Source: a bacterium (GTDB lineage: Bacteria; Patescibacteriota; Minisyncoccia; Moranbacterales; DUUL01). From it: a stretch of 25,528 bases of DNA. The notes beneath the pieces were generated by a model that was given only the letters and a program-made list of their open reading frames with translations, had not been told where the DNA came from and did not search any database. Position 1 is the stretch's first letter. The number at the start of each line of letters is the position of its first letter. The stretch is taken from positions 1-25,528 of the forward strand of contig DAOWHU010000054.1 in the NCBI GenBank assembly GCA_030641245.1, read 5' to 3'. Positions 1-7,922 of the stretch are shown piece after piece. Position numbers and translations under genes: made by a program.

Positions 1-28
1 ATGTTTGATGGATGGGACAATTTTGCAT
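1..28 (-). CDS. 5' end of a CDS running off the window (MQNCPIHQT...)
   Basis: ATG at 28-26 with GGAGA at 40-36, 7 nt upstream; only 9 codons visible. Confidence 0.35.
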
Positions 29-149
29 AATATGCTCTCCTTTTTTTATGAAACTTTAATCGAATCAGAAATTTATGAAAAAACACCAACTTTGTCTAAT
101 AAGACCAGTGAGATAGTTTGCCAAGAAAAAAAGGTCTTGTCAAATGAAG

Positions 150-296
150 GAGAGGAAATCGAAGGGTCAAGTCGCTAAATTCAAACGGCGCCAGCGGATT
201 GTTTTCGTTAAGCGCTTCCTCCCCGGACTCGGCGCACTTTCTTTGGTTGCTCGCCAGCTCTCAACATAGCGCCTCCGTCTAGTTCGATTCTCTCTC
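150..296. ncRNA. Structured ~145-nt element, copy 1 (unknown family)
   Basis: Shares invariant blocks with 1449-1591 (GAAGGGTCAAGTCGCTAAA, CGTTAAGCGCT, TCCCCGGACTCGGC, TTGCTCGCCAGCTC, TCCGTCTAGTTCGATTCTCTC); imperfect terminal inverted repeats. Confidence 0.6.
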
Positions 297-309
297 AACC
301 TTGTGAAAG

Positions 310-350
310 ATAAAGCGAAACCACCTCCGATGGAGGTGGTTTCGCTTTAT
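310..350. repeat. Perfect 19-bp hairpin adjoining the att-like core
   Basis: ATAAAGCGAAACCACCTCC-GAT-GGAGGTGGTTTCGCTTTAT; positional counterpart of 1607-1646. Confidence 0.8.
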
Positions 351-428
351 TTGCACGGAGTCGTGAAGGACGTTAGAACTTTTTTTGAGAAGAACGGTGA
401 GGATATTAAGATTCCGGATTTAAATTAA
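351..428 (+). pseudogene. Possible orphan C-terminal tail of a site-specific recombinase (LHGVVKDVRTFFEKNGEDIKIPDLN*)
   Basis: Open frame starting at the repeat core; the same frame at the tRNA junction reads LHGWRESN; resemblance to recombinase tails is recalled, not searched. Confidence 0.3.
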
Positions 429-456
429 AAAATACGACATTGATAATATCCACAAT

Positions 457-1329
457 TTAATTATCATTATGACTCATTTTGGTAATCCCATTGTTATAAT
501 AAGACAAATTTTCACTTTCTAATAATCTTTTAATGCTCTTCCCTTTACTAATTTTCTCTTTTTTTAATATCTGTTTTTTTGCTTCAGGCTCGTGATGCGT
601 TAAAAGTCCCATTTCAGGCCAATACATATTTCTAACCCAATTCCCTTTTTCGTTTATATGACTATGGACAGGCTCTCTTTCTTTTAACGTTAACATTTTT
701 TTAATAGCAATTTTTCTGGCGATACCATCAATTTTCTCCATTCTACTAATCGACTCCAAATATCTTGCGAGTAATAATTTTTCCAACATTACATTTCCAG
801 CTTTTTGATAAGCAAATAGATCTTTGTATTTTTTTTGAAACTTTTTATAATCAATAGGAAACATTTTATATTTTGTTGCCCATTTTAAATCAATAACAAA
901 AAAATCCACTGCAATTCCAATATCAGCAATATTACTTCTATCGGGAAGACCCCAGGAACAAGTAGCTAAATGCAATTTATCGTCTTTCATTTTTTGAATC
1001 ACATTTTCAATATATTTTGGTTTTATTAGCCAAGTATCTGAAGCTAAAACAACCACATATTTGATTTCTTTATGTTTTTTTTGAAAATTTTTAATTCCTG
1101 TTTCTATTAAATCTGAGGCTCCTTGAAAATGCCAACTATTTTCCATCACAACTAAGTCATTTTCTAAGTATTTCTCCGGATACCATTTTTTATTACCATT
1201 AAAAGAATGGACTATTTTTACATCCTCAAAAAATTTAGACTTTCCCCAAACATTTCTGATAATATCCATATTTATCTTGGCATCGTCAGTTCTATTGTAT
1301 GTATAAATTAAAACTCCGATATTTTTCAT
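457..1329 (-). CDS. Putative glycosyltransferase (GT-A fold-like), 290 aa
   Basis: N-terminal IGVLIYTYNR strand and a VVVLASDTW DxD-like segment; long, very AT-rich ORF. Confidence 0.45.
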   Translation of the reverse strand: MKNIGVLIYTYNRTDDAKINMDIIRNVWGKSKFFEDVKIVHSFNGNKKWYPEKYLENDLVVMENSWHFQGASDLIETGIKNFQKKHKEIKYVVVLASDTWLIKPKYIENVIQKMKDDKLHLATCSWGLPDRSNIADIGIAVDFFVIDLKWATKYKMFPIDYKKFQKKYKDLFAYQKAGNVMLEKLLLARYLESISRMEKIDGIARKIAIKKMLTLKEREPVHSHINEKGNWVRNMYWPEMGLLTHHEPEAKKQILKKEKISKGKSIKRLLESENLSYYNNGITKMSHNDN

Positions 1330-1394
1330 AAATTTAATAAATTTTTATAAATACATTTTAACAACAAATCTTTGAACATCCAAATATCAGAACC

Positions 1395-1423
1395 AAAAAA
1401 ATAGCTCTGAGAGCTACTTTTTT
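1395..1423. terminator. Bidirectional intrinsic terminator-like hairpin
   Basis: A-tract, TAGCTC-TGA-GAGCTA, T-tract; lies downstream of tRNA-Trp on the minus strand. Confidence 0.6.
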
Positions 1424-1438
1424 AGTTAGATTCTACGA

Positions 1439-1460
1439 TGCACGGGTGGAGAGAATCGAA
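1439..1460 (-). repeat. 22-bp duplication of the tRNA-Trp 3' end
   Basis: TGCACGGGTGGAGAGAATCGAA identical at 1439-1460 and 1648-1669. Confidence 0.9.
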
Positions 1461-1591
1461 GGGTCAAGTCGCTAAACTCGTGCATCGCTTTCAGCTCGCA
1501 CTCGTTAAGCGCTTTCTCCCCGGACTCGGCAGACTATCTATAATTGCTCGCCAGCTCGCAATGGACTGCTTCCGTCTAGTTCGATTCTCTC
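1449..1591. ncRNA. Structured ~145-nt element, copy 2
   Basis: Perfect 12-bp terminal inverted repeat GAGAGAATCGAA/TTCGATTCTCTC; homologous to 150-296. Confidence 0.6.
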
Positions 1592-1606
1592 AACCTCGAG
1601 CAAAAG

Positions 1607-1646
1607 ATAAAACAAAACCGCCTCTTTCGGAACGGTTTTGTTTTAT
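1607..1646. repeat. 14-bp hairpin directly 3' of tRNA-Trp
   Basis: ATAAAACAAAACCG...CGGTTTTGTTTTAT. Confidence 0.75.
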
Positions 1647-1649
1647 TTG

Positions 1650-1720
1650 CACGGGTGGAGAGAATCGAACTCCCGTTATTGGTTTTGGAGACCAACGTAT
1701 TACCACTATACGACACCCGC
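1650..1720 (-). tRNA. trnW: tRNA-Trp (CCA)
   Basis: Cloverleaf: acceptor GCGGGTG/CACCCGT, D arm GTAT/ATAC, anticodon arm TTGGT-CTCCAAA-ACCAA, T arm GGGAG-TTCGATT-CTCTC, discriminator G; 3' CCA not encoded. Confidence 0.95.
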
Positions 1721-1738
1721 AGGGCTAACACTAATTTG

Positions 1739-1875
1739 CAATAAACCAATTTTCAATTTACAATTAGTTTTCAATAAATTAGTTTTCAAACTTAGGCAAG
1801 CAAAGCTTGCCTTCATTGTAACTTTTTAAATTGGAAATTGATTGTAAATTGGTTTATTGAAAATTGTAAATTTTA
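1739..1875. repeat. AT-rich heptad-like repeats in inverted arrangement around AGGCAAGC-AAA-GCTTGCCT
   Basis: CAATAAACCAATT (1739-1751) is the reverse complement of 1847-1859; central hairpin at 1794-1812. Confidence 0.7.
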
Positions 1876-1932
1876 TACCCTTAAATCATCGCACAAACAA
1901 AAATAATAAAATATATTTTGATATTTGCAAAA

Positions 1933-2361
1933 TTAACCTTCAATTTTGATTCCCATCGACCTCGCTGTTCCAGCAATAATTTTACTGGCTGCTTCAATAT
2001 CATGGGCGTTTAAATCTTCCATTTTTTTCTCAGCGATTTCTTGAACTTGTTTTTTAGTAACTGTCCCAACCTTATCGGTCAGAGGATTTCCGGCTCCCTT
2101 TTTAACTCCAGCTGCTTTTTTCAAAAGTTCAGAAGCAGGAGTGGTTTTTAATTTAAGACTAAAACTTCGATCTTCGTAAACACTAATTTCTACTGGGACC
2201 AAGTCGCCTTGTATGTCCTTAGTATCGTTGTTAAATTGAGTACAAAAATCTTGAATGTTAAGACCGTGTTGTCCTAAAGCTGGACCAACTGGAGGCGCAG
2301 GATTAGCTTGACCAGCCCTAATTTGTAATTTGATAACTGTAGTCGCTTTTTTGTCTGACAT
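1933..2361 (-). CDS. rplK: 50S ribosomal protein L11
   Basis: [23 protein letters not shown] and IAGTARSMG signatures. Confidence 0.98.
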   Translation of the reverse strand: MSDKKATTVIKLQIRAGQANPAPPVGPALGQHGLNIQDFCTQFNNDTKDIQGDLVPVEISVYEDRSFSLKLKTTPASELLKKAAGVKKGAGNPLTDKVGTVTKKQVQEIAEKKMEDLNAHDIEAASKIIAGTARSMGIKIEG

Positions 2362-2386
2362 CTTGTTAAATTAATTTTAAATTTTG

Positions 2387-2402
2387 TCCGCCAGCTGGCG
2401 GA
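2387..2402. repeat. Perfect 16-bp palindrome TCCGCCAGCTGGCGGA
   Basis: Direct reading; variants at 24816-24830 and 25393-25409. Confidence 0.8.
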
Positions 2403-2519
2403 TTGATTCAATTTTGAATGATTTAATGTTTAATTTTAATTTCCACTTCAGGCAAATAATTTAAAATAATCAATTTTTTTCGTTTAGGATATAGCCTCGG
2501 ATGGAACTCTTTGAAATAT

Positions 2520-2643
2520 TTGGAATTTATTGGTTTGAGCGCAATCCGAGAAGAATCCGAGCACTGAATGAGATGAACTTAATGGTTCATCGAACGAATG
2601 GCGAAGGATTCGACGAAGGAGTGTGCCAAACCAGAAATTCCAA
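2520..2643. repeat. Long imperfect hairpin element A, abutting the nusG stop codon
   Basis: Outer stem TGGAATTT-TGGTTTG/CAAACCA-GAAATTCCA; inner stem GATGAAC-TTAATG-GTTCATC; homologous to 3524-3660. Confidence 0.75.
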
Positions 2644-3189
2644 CTAGATTTTTTTTATTTGGAGAAAATCAAGCTCTACAGGGGTTTCCCTCCCAAAAAT
2701 ATTCACCAAAACACTTACCTTCCCTCTATCGATATCCATTCCTTCGACCTTACTTTCATAACCTTTGAAAGGACCGTCAATAATCTTAATAATTTCACCT
2801 AATTCAAAATCAATATTATATTTAGGTTCATCTTTTTTACTTCGCTTTTCAATAACTCCCATTTCCTCTGGGTCAACTGGGGTCGGAGTAGTTCCAAGCC
2901 CAATAAAACCAGTCACATTGGGAGTATTCCGAACAACATACCAAGACTCATCAGTCACTTCCATTTCCACCAAAACGTAGCCGGGGAAAACTTTTTCTTC
3001 AATCGTGCAACGTTTCCCATTCTTAATCTTAATCTTCTTTTCCTTGGGAACTAGCACCTTAAAAATTTTATCCCGCATGTTCATAGACTCGATTCGTTGC
3101 TCCAAATTTCGAGCAACATTGTCCTCGTATCCGCTGTAAGTGTGAAGTACGTACCAAGCCTTGCCAAGATTTTGAACTTGCTTTGCCAT
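2644..3189 (-). CDS. nusG: Transcription termination/antitermination factor NusG
   Basis: WYVLHTYSGYE, FPGYVLVEM, VRNTPNVTGF and KOW/FGRETPVEL motifs. Confidence 0.98.
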   Translation of the reverse strand: MAKQVQNLGKAWYVLHTYSGYEDNVARNLEQRIESMNMRDKIFKVLVPKEKKIKIKNGKRCTIEEKVFPGYVLVEMEVTDESWYVVRNTPNVTGFIGLGTTPTPVDPEEMGVIEKRSKKDEPKYNIDFELGEIIKIIDGPFKGYESKVEGMDIDRGKVSVLVNIFGRETPVELDFLQIKKI

Positions 3190-3324
3190 GAATTTTAGTT
3201 TATAAAGTTAAAAAGTTTGCCCTATTAAATAAGCTACGCCTAATTTTAAATAAAATTTAAAATTATTTAACTGGGTAAATAAAGTTGGAAAGTTGGAGCT
3301 TGAGAACAGTCCCATTAACTTTCG

Positions 3325-3507
3325 CTAGACAATGAATTGTCCAACTCCGTTCGAAAAAAGTAAATCCAGAACACCGAGGAATAGGGCTACCGCAAGACTT
3401 ACGCCAATTACAATTCCGGTATATTTAACAGTTTGTTCTCTGCTAAGCCAACTTACCTTTTTAAGTTCCTCTTGGGCTTCTTTGATAAAGGTTATAATTT
3501 TTTTCAT
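3325..3507 (-). CDS. secE: Preprotein translocase subunit SecE
   Basis: ELKKVSW motif followed by one TM helix; directly upstream of nusG. Confidence 0.95.
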   Translation of the reverse strand: MKKIITFIKEAQEELKKVSWLSREQTVKYTGIVIGVSLAVALFLGVLDLLFSNGVGQFIV

Positions 3508-3523
3508 TAAACTTCTTGTTTAA

Positions 3524-3660
3524 AAATTGCTTGTTTTAGTGCAGTTCGACCTGCCTGCCGGCAGGCGGGGGAAAGTCCGAGCACCGAGCGAAGCGTATTT
3601 AATGATACGACGAACGAAGAGCGGAGGACTCGACAAAGAAATGCGCCAAACATGCAATTT
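3524..3660. repeat. Long imperfect hairpin element B with a nested 20-bp palindrome
   Basis: Homologous to 2520-2643; CCTGCCTGCCGGCAGGCGGG inserted at 3550-3569. Confidence 0.75.
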
Positions 3661-3793
3661 ATTGTATTTAAAAACAGCCTTTCGGCTCTTTATTACTGTG
3701 TCCATTATACAACTAGATTGATTAGTTGTCAAATCTACAAAACAAAAACAAAAAATAAGGCTGTTTATGGAGTTGTTTGTAGAGTTGTTTTGA

Positions 3794-4621
3794 CTATTCT
3801 AGATCACTAGTTATCCCATAAAAATGAACATGGTTGTCGGAATTGAAGATGTTGGTTTCGGGTTTGATTTCCACCTTAACGACGCTAGACATATTATAGT
3901 CGGATGGAAAAGGGATGTTGAAATCTCGTTGTTCTTTAGAACGAACAGTGTTAGCAACTTGAGAATTAGTAGCCAAAAGCTGACCCTGACTATCTCTGAG
4001 AACAACTTTGATTTTAATAATTTCACAATCGATTGGACTTTCATTCACCAAAGTTCCGGTAACTCGATAAAATCCACTAGGATCCTGACGAAAAGAATTG
4101 GTGAATTCAGTTAGAATAACTTCGAGTTTAGGGTTCTGTTGTTGGCTGGTAAACTTTTTCCAAATTATCTCACCCATCTCGATTTCAATTTTAGCGGGAC
4201 TTTCAGGAACTTCGATTTCTTGAACAAGCAAGTATTTCTCTTCTTGAGGTAAAATAAAGTCTTTGAGCCAAGCAGTTTCCTTAATTATTTGACCGACCTG
4301 ATCAAAATATTTTAATTTGTAACGAAGAGTCGAGGCGCCGAAAAGACTATTTGGATTTTTGATTGTAACCACTGTATCAAATTTATTGGTAGCAGTATCG
4401 ACCCATTCAATCTTCTCGATAATAAAATCTTCAATTTCATGAGTTTCATCACAAGGCGCACAAGGACCACCGCAGTCTATATTCTCTTCAAGTTGATTTT
4501 TGATACCATCTTGACAAGTGGCCTTAGGTTTAATAAGAGAGTAAAAACTATAAGCAATGGCAAAAAATAGAACTATGTAAATAAAGCCTATCATGTTTCT
4601 TCTAAGGGATCTTTTCTCCAT
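3794..4621 (-). CDS. Membrane-anchored hypothetical protein with a Cys-rich CxDG...DCGGPCxPC motif, ~275 aa
   Basis: ATG at 4621 precedes a TM helix (preferred over the TTG at 4672); CQDGIKNQLEENIDCGGPCAPC followed by beta-rich domains. Confidence 0.7.
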   Translation of the reverse strand: MEKRSLRRNMIGFIYIVLFFAIAYSFYSLIKPKATCQDGIKNQLEENIDCGGPCAPCDETHEIEDFIIEKIEWVDTATNKFDTVVTIKNPNSLFGASTLRYKLKYFDQVGQIIKETAWLKDFILPQEEKYLLVQEIEVPESPAKIEIEMGEIIWKKFTSQQQNPKLEVILTEFTNSFRQDPSGFYRVTGTLVNESPIDCEIIKIKVVLRDSQGQLLATNSQVANTVRSKEQRDFNIPFPSDYNMSSVVKVEIKPETNIFNSDNHVHFYGITSDLE

Positions 4622-4731
4622 TGAATTTATTGTTTTATTTAAGTTTTCAAAGCTAAGTGAATGATAACGCAAATTGGAAATTTTTTCAAATTAGCAACCG
4701 CAATTCGCAAAATAAAGAATAAGGATAGGGC

Positions 4732-5583
4732 CTATAAGTCTTCCATCATTGGCTCGTCTTCAATGAATTCAGCGAGTAGACCAAGTTTTTCAAAATAATC
4801 GACCATCGATATGCAGGCAAATTTTTCGGTAGAATAATGAGTTCCTCCTAGAATATTTATTTTATGCTTTTCGGCAAATTCGTGCGCTTTTTCGGAATGA
4901 TCATTTTTCAAAGTAACACCAGTCGCAAGAGTGTTTATTCCGGCTTTAGAAATTTCTTCTAGTATTTCAATATCATTCCCACCACCCGCAACCACGGCTA
5001 CAGTTTCATTCTTAATTTTATCATCACCATAGTTATATAGACTGACTTCGTGACCAACTGCTTCTTGAAAAGTTTTTTTTAGATTTTGAATAGTCGCCGA
5101 AGTAGTTTTTCCGAACACTCCTGCTAGAGCACCAAAATAAGGGGCGAAAGATTTTTTAGGTTTAATGTCCAAGGCTTTTGCCAAAGCTACGCTCGTAGAA
5201 TATTCGCCAAAATTATCTAAAGGTGTATGGAGATTGTAAATAGAGATTCGGTGATCTTTAAATTTTTGTAATAATTTTCTGTCCATTGGTTGGAAAATTT
5301 CTGGGGCTTTTCTAATATCCCAGATCGCAGGATGATGAACAAAAAGCATCGTGTCTTGAGCTCTGTCGTCTAGAATTTTTTGCATAATTTTCTTCGACGG
5401 GAAAACAGCTGTATAGACTTTGGTTATTTCGATTGCAAAATCACAAACTAAGCCCATCGATCTTTTCTTAAAATTTCCACTGAAAAAATCGGCGCTGAAA
5501 TCCATATGCCGAGCCCAGTCGTCGCTCAGTTTAGGAGTGATAAAATCTTTTTCAAGCTGTTGGTATAATTTGGCGGATTTCAT
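4732..5583 (-). CDS. Nif3/YbgI-family dinuclear metal-binding protein
   Basis: FVHHP, HTPLD and GTHYSTE metal-ligand motifs in the family order. Confidence 0.85.
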   Translation of the reverse strand: MKSAKLYQQLEKDFITPKLSDDWARHMDFSADFFSGNFKKRSMGLVCDFAIEITKVYTAVFPSKKIMQKILDDRAQDTMLFVHHPAIWDIRKAPEIFQPMDRKLLQKFKDHRISIYNLHTPLDNFGEYSTSVALAKALDIKPKKSFAPYFGALAGVFGKTTSATIQNLKKTFQEAVGHEVSLYNYGDDKIKNETVAVVAGGGNDIEILEEISKAGINTLATGVTLKNDHSEKAHEFAEKHKINILGGTHYSTEKFACISMVDYFEKLGLLAEFIEDEPMMEDL

Positions 5584-5649
5584 AATGAAATTAAATGAGT
5601 TGGTTATTTTGGATTTATAATACCATAATTGAAAAATACTCCATAGAGT

Positions 5650-5674
5650 AAAGGGAATCCTGAGATTCCCTTTG
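5650..5674. terminator. Terminator-like hairpin
   Basis: AAAGGGAATC-CTGA-GATTCCCTTT just after the stop at 5698. Confidence 0.55.
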
Positions 5675-5697
5675 TAGATTGCGTTATTAACGACTTT

Positions 5698-6084
5698 TTA
5701 TTCAGAAGATCCTCCATACCCAATGAGCGTTTCGTGGTTATGATCATACTCAGTTGGAATTAAGCTTGCGGGATAAATCCGGAAAGTCGATTCCTGCATG
5801 GTTGAGTCTGTGTAATAGAAACCGCCATTCTGTTCAAGCGCGGAAAAATGGCCAATATCATGAATTTCAAAAGTATGGAATTCACGCTTTTCCCATTCTG
5901 ACTGGCCTTCTTTTCTGGTAATATTCGCTCCCAGTTTAACTTGAGTTCCTTCTCCATGAAAAGCAATTTCTTCAATCCATCCAAGACAAACCGTTCTGTT
6001 AATTTGATCAAAAATAACGAGCAATCCGTCCTTTGTTTCATCCAAAAATTTAGAATGAAAAACTTTTTTTGCAGAATACAACAT
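5698..6084 (-). CDS. Hypothetical protein, ~128 aa
   Basis: GAAGGAG RBS before ATG at 6084; no family recognised. Confidence 0.65.
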   Translation of the reverse strand: MLYSAKKVFHSKFLDETKDGLLVIFDQINRTVCLGWIEEIAFHGEGTQVKLGANITRKEGQSEWEKREFHTFEIHDIGHFSALEQNGGFYYTDSTMQESTFRIYPASLIPTEYDHNHETLIGYGGSSE

Positions 6085-6203
6085 CGCTTTCTCCTTCCTT
6101 TTGATTATTGTTTTAGGCACTATCATAGATATTTATACAATTTTTCATAATAGCTTTATTTCAAAAATTGTAAAGAGCTTGTCCTATTTCATGTTTTTTC
6201 AAA

Positions 6204-6227
6204 CTAAAAAACCGCTTGAAGCGGTTT
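6204..6227 (-). terminator. Terminator after 5S rRNA
   Basis: AAACCGCT-TCA-AGCGGTTT followed by a T tract on the minus strand. Confidence 0.7.
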
Positions 6228-6243
6228 CAAAATTTAAATCCAT

Positions 6244-6359
6244 AGTTCTTGGCATCGACCTACTCTCACCGGTAAAGGCTACCATCGGCGCAAACAGTCT
6301 TAACTGCTGAGTTCGAGATGGGATCAGGTGTTACCCCGTCGCTATAAACACCAAGAACT
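6244..6359 (-). rRNA. rrf: 5S rRNA
   Basis: CACCTGATCCCATCTCGAACTCAGCAGTTAAG and GAGAGTAGGTCGATGCC; closing helix TAGTTCTTGG/CCAAGAACTA; ends approximate. Confidence 0.95.
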
Positions 6360-6427
6360 ATAGATTCAAAAAAGCTAAATTGTAGATGTACATAAATTGA
6401 TTATGGAGAAACTCGAAAATTTGTCTC

Positions 6428-6532
6428 CTAAAAAGCTTTGATAACTGGAGCGGAAAATAGTAATACAAATGCACAAAAAAGCATTACTCCAAATATCATC
6501 AAAAACAATTGGAAAGTATCGTTTTTTATCAT
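6428..6532 (-). CDS. Possible 34-aa single-TM peptide in the 23S-5S spacer
   Basis: MIKNDTFQLFLMIFGVMLFCAFVLLFSAPVIKAF; no clear RBS. Confidence 0.25.
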   Translation of the reverse strand: MIKNDTFQLFLMIFGVMLFCAFVLLFSAPVIKAF

Positions 6533-7402
6533 AGTTTCAAAAATTAAAGACACAACACAACCTTTTTTAGTTGAAATAACTAAATTGGGTTTGATTAATA
6601 GATATTTTTTATTCTTGTAATACAACTTGAGTTTAAACTTTTTCAGATCTTGAATCAAGGGCACTTCGCCTATTCAAATCAATCACTGTTATTTGTCAGT
6701 CGTAATCTCCTTAATAATCATGTTGTTAACGTGAAACACGTCACAGGATGACTATTAAAGAGAAAAAGTGGGTACTCCTAAATTTATTAGTATTCCTCGG
6801 CTGAATGTATTACTACACTTACACCTAGAACCTATCGACCTGGTAGTCTACCAGGAAATTTTGTTCCGATAAATCGAAACGGTTGTCTTATCTTGGAGTG
6901 GGCTTCCCGCTTAGATGCTTTCAGCAGTTATCCCGAACCAATATAGCTACCCAGCAATGCACTTGGCAGTGACAGCTGGTACACCAGAGATTAGCTCTTT
7001 CCGGTCCTCTCGTACTAGGAAAGAATCTCCTCAAACAACAACGCCTACGGCAGATAGAGACCAACCTGTCTTACGACGGTTTGAACCCAGCTCGCGTACC
7101 TCTTTAAATGGCGAACAGCCATACCCTTGGGGCCTTCTTCAGTCCCAGGATGAGATGAGCCGACATCGAGGTGCCAAACAGCGCCGTCTATATGAACTAT
7201 TGGGCGCTATTAGCCTGTTATCCCCGGGGTAACTTTTATCTGCTGATCTTCCGCGCATCTATATGCCACGGTCGGTTCACTAAATCCTGCTTTCGCAACT
7301 GCTCGACTGATAGGTCTCGCAGTAAATTTGGCTTATGGTTTTGTCCTATCACTCCGATTTCCATCCGGAGCTAGCCAAACTTTATGAGCGCCTCCGTTAC
7401 AC

Positions 7403-7434
<32 letters not shown>

Positions 7435-7450
7435 ACCAGGCACTGTTCCC

Positions 7451-7650
7451 GGTCTGGTATTTGGACTTTTCGCTTTGAGCTTGAAGTTGAATAAACAACT
7501 TTTTAGAATTAGATCATGCAGACAATTAGAAACATTTTGAGAAATCGTCAAAAAACAATTCCGTCAAAAATTGTGAAAACTTACTAAAGTTAATCTTAAT
7601 CTAATTATCTGCTTTTCTAATTTTACATTGAAAAGTACAAATAACAGACC
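7451..7650 (-). other. ~180-nt insertion extending 23S helix 79 (E. coli ~2210)
   Basis: 20-bp stem 7451-7470/7631-7650 (2 mismatches) encloses 160 AT-rich nt where E. coli has a short hairpin. Confidence 0.85.
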
Positions 7651-7922
7651 AGGGTTAGCATTCAAAATCACACAGAGTGGTATTTCACTGATGACTCCAT
7701 CCCGACCGAAATCAGGACTTCAAAGTCTCCCACCTATTCTCAGCAGTATAATATCAAACGCAATGCCAAGCTGTAGTAAAGCTCCACGGGGTCTTTTCGT
7801 CTTGCCGTAGGTAGAGGGCATCTTTACCCCCATTGCAATTTCACCGGGTCCTTCGTTGAGACAGTTGTCCAGTCGTTACGCCTTTCATGCGGGTCGGAAA
7901 TTACCCGACAAGGAATTTCGCT

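Larger units (their letters stand above)
346..1654. mobile_element. Integrase-less islet at the tRNA-Trp 3' end bounded by a 13-bp direct repeat
   Basis: TTTATTTGCACGG at 346-358 and 1642-1654; the right copy overlaps the tRNA 3' end; one cargo ORF inside. Confidence 0.5.

Noticed and set aside
1438-1829. ORFs 1438-1728 and 1638-1829
   Set aside because: They overlap the tRNA antisense strand and repeat elements and have no RBS or family signal
3567-3585. GGGGAAAGTCCGAGCACC resembles the RNase P RNA 5' motif GAGGAAAGUCCGGGC
   Set aside because: The other conserved regions and the 3' P4 strand are missing, the element is too short, and the motif pairs locally as in homologous element A
2520-3660. 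Integron attC interpretation of hairpins A and B
   Set aside because: They begin with GTT and end with AAC, the reverse of RYYYAAC...GTTRRRY; they flank core genes and no IntI is visible
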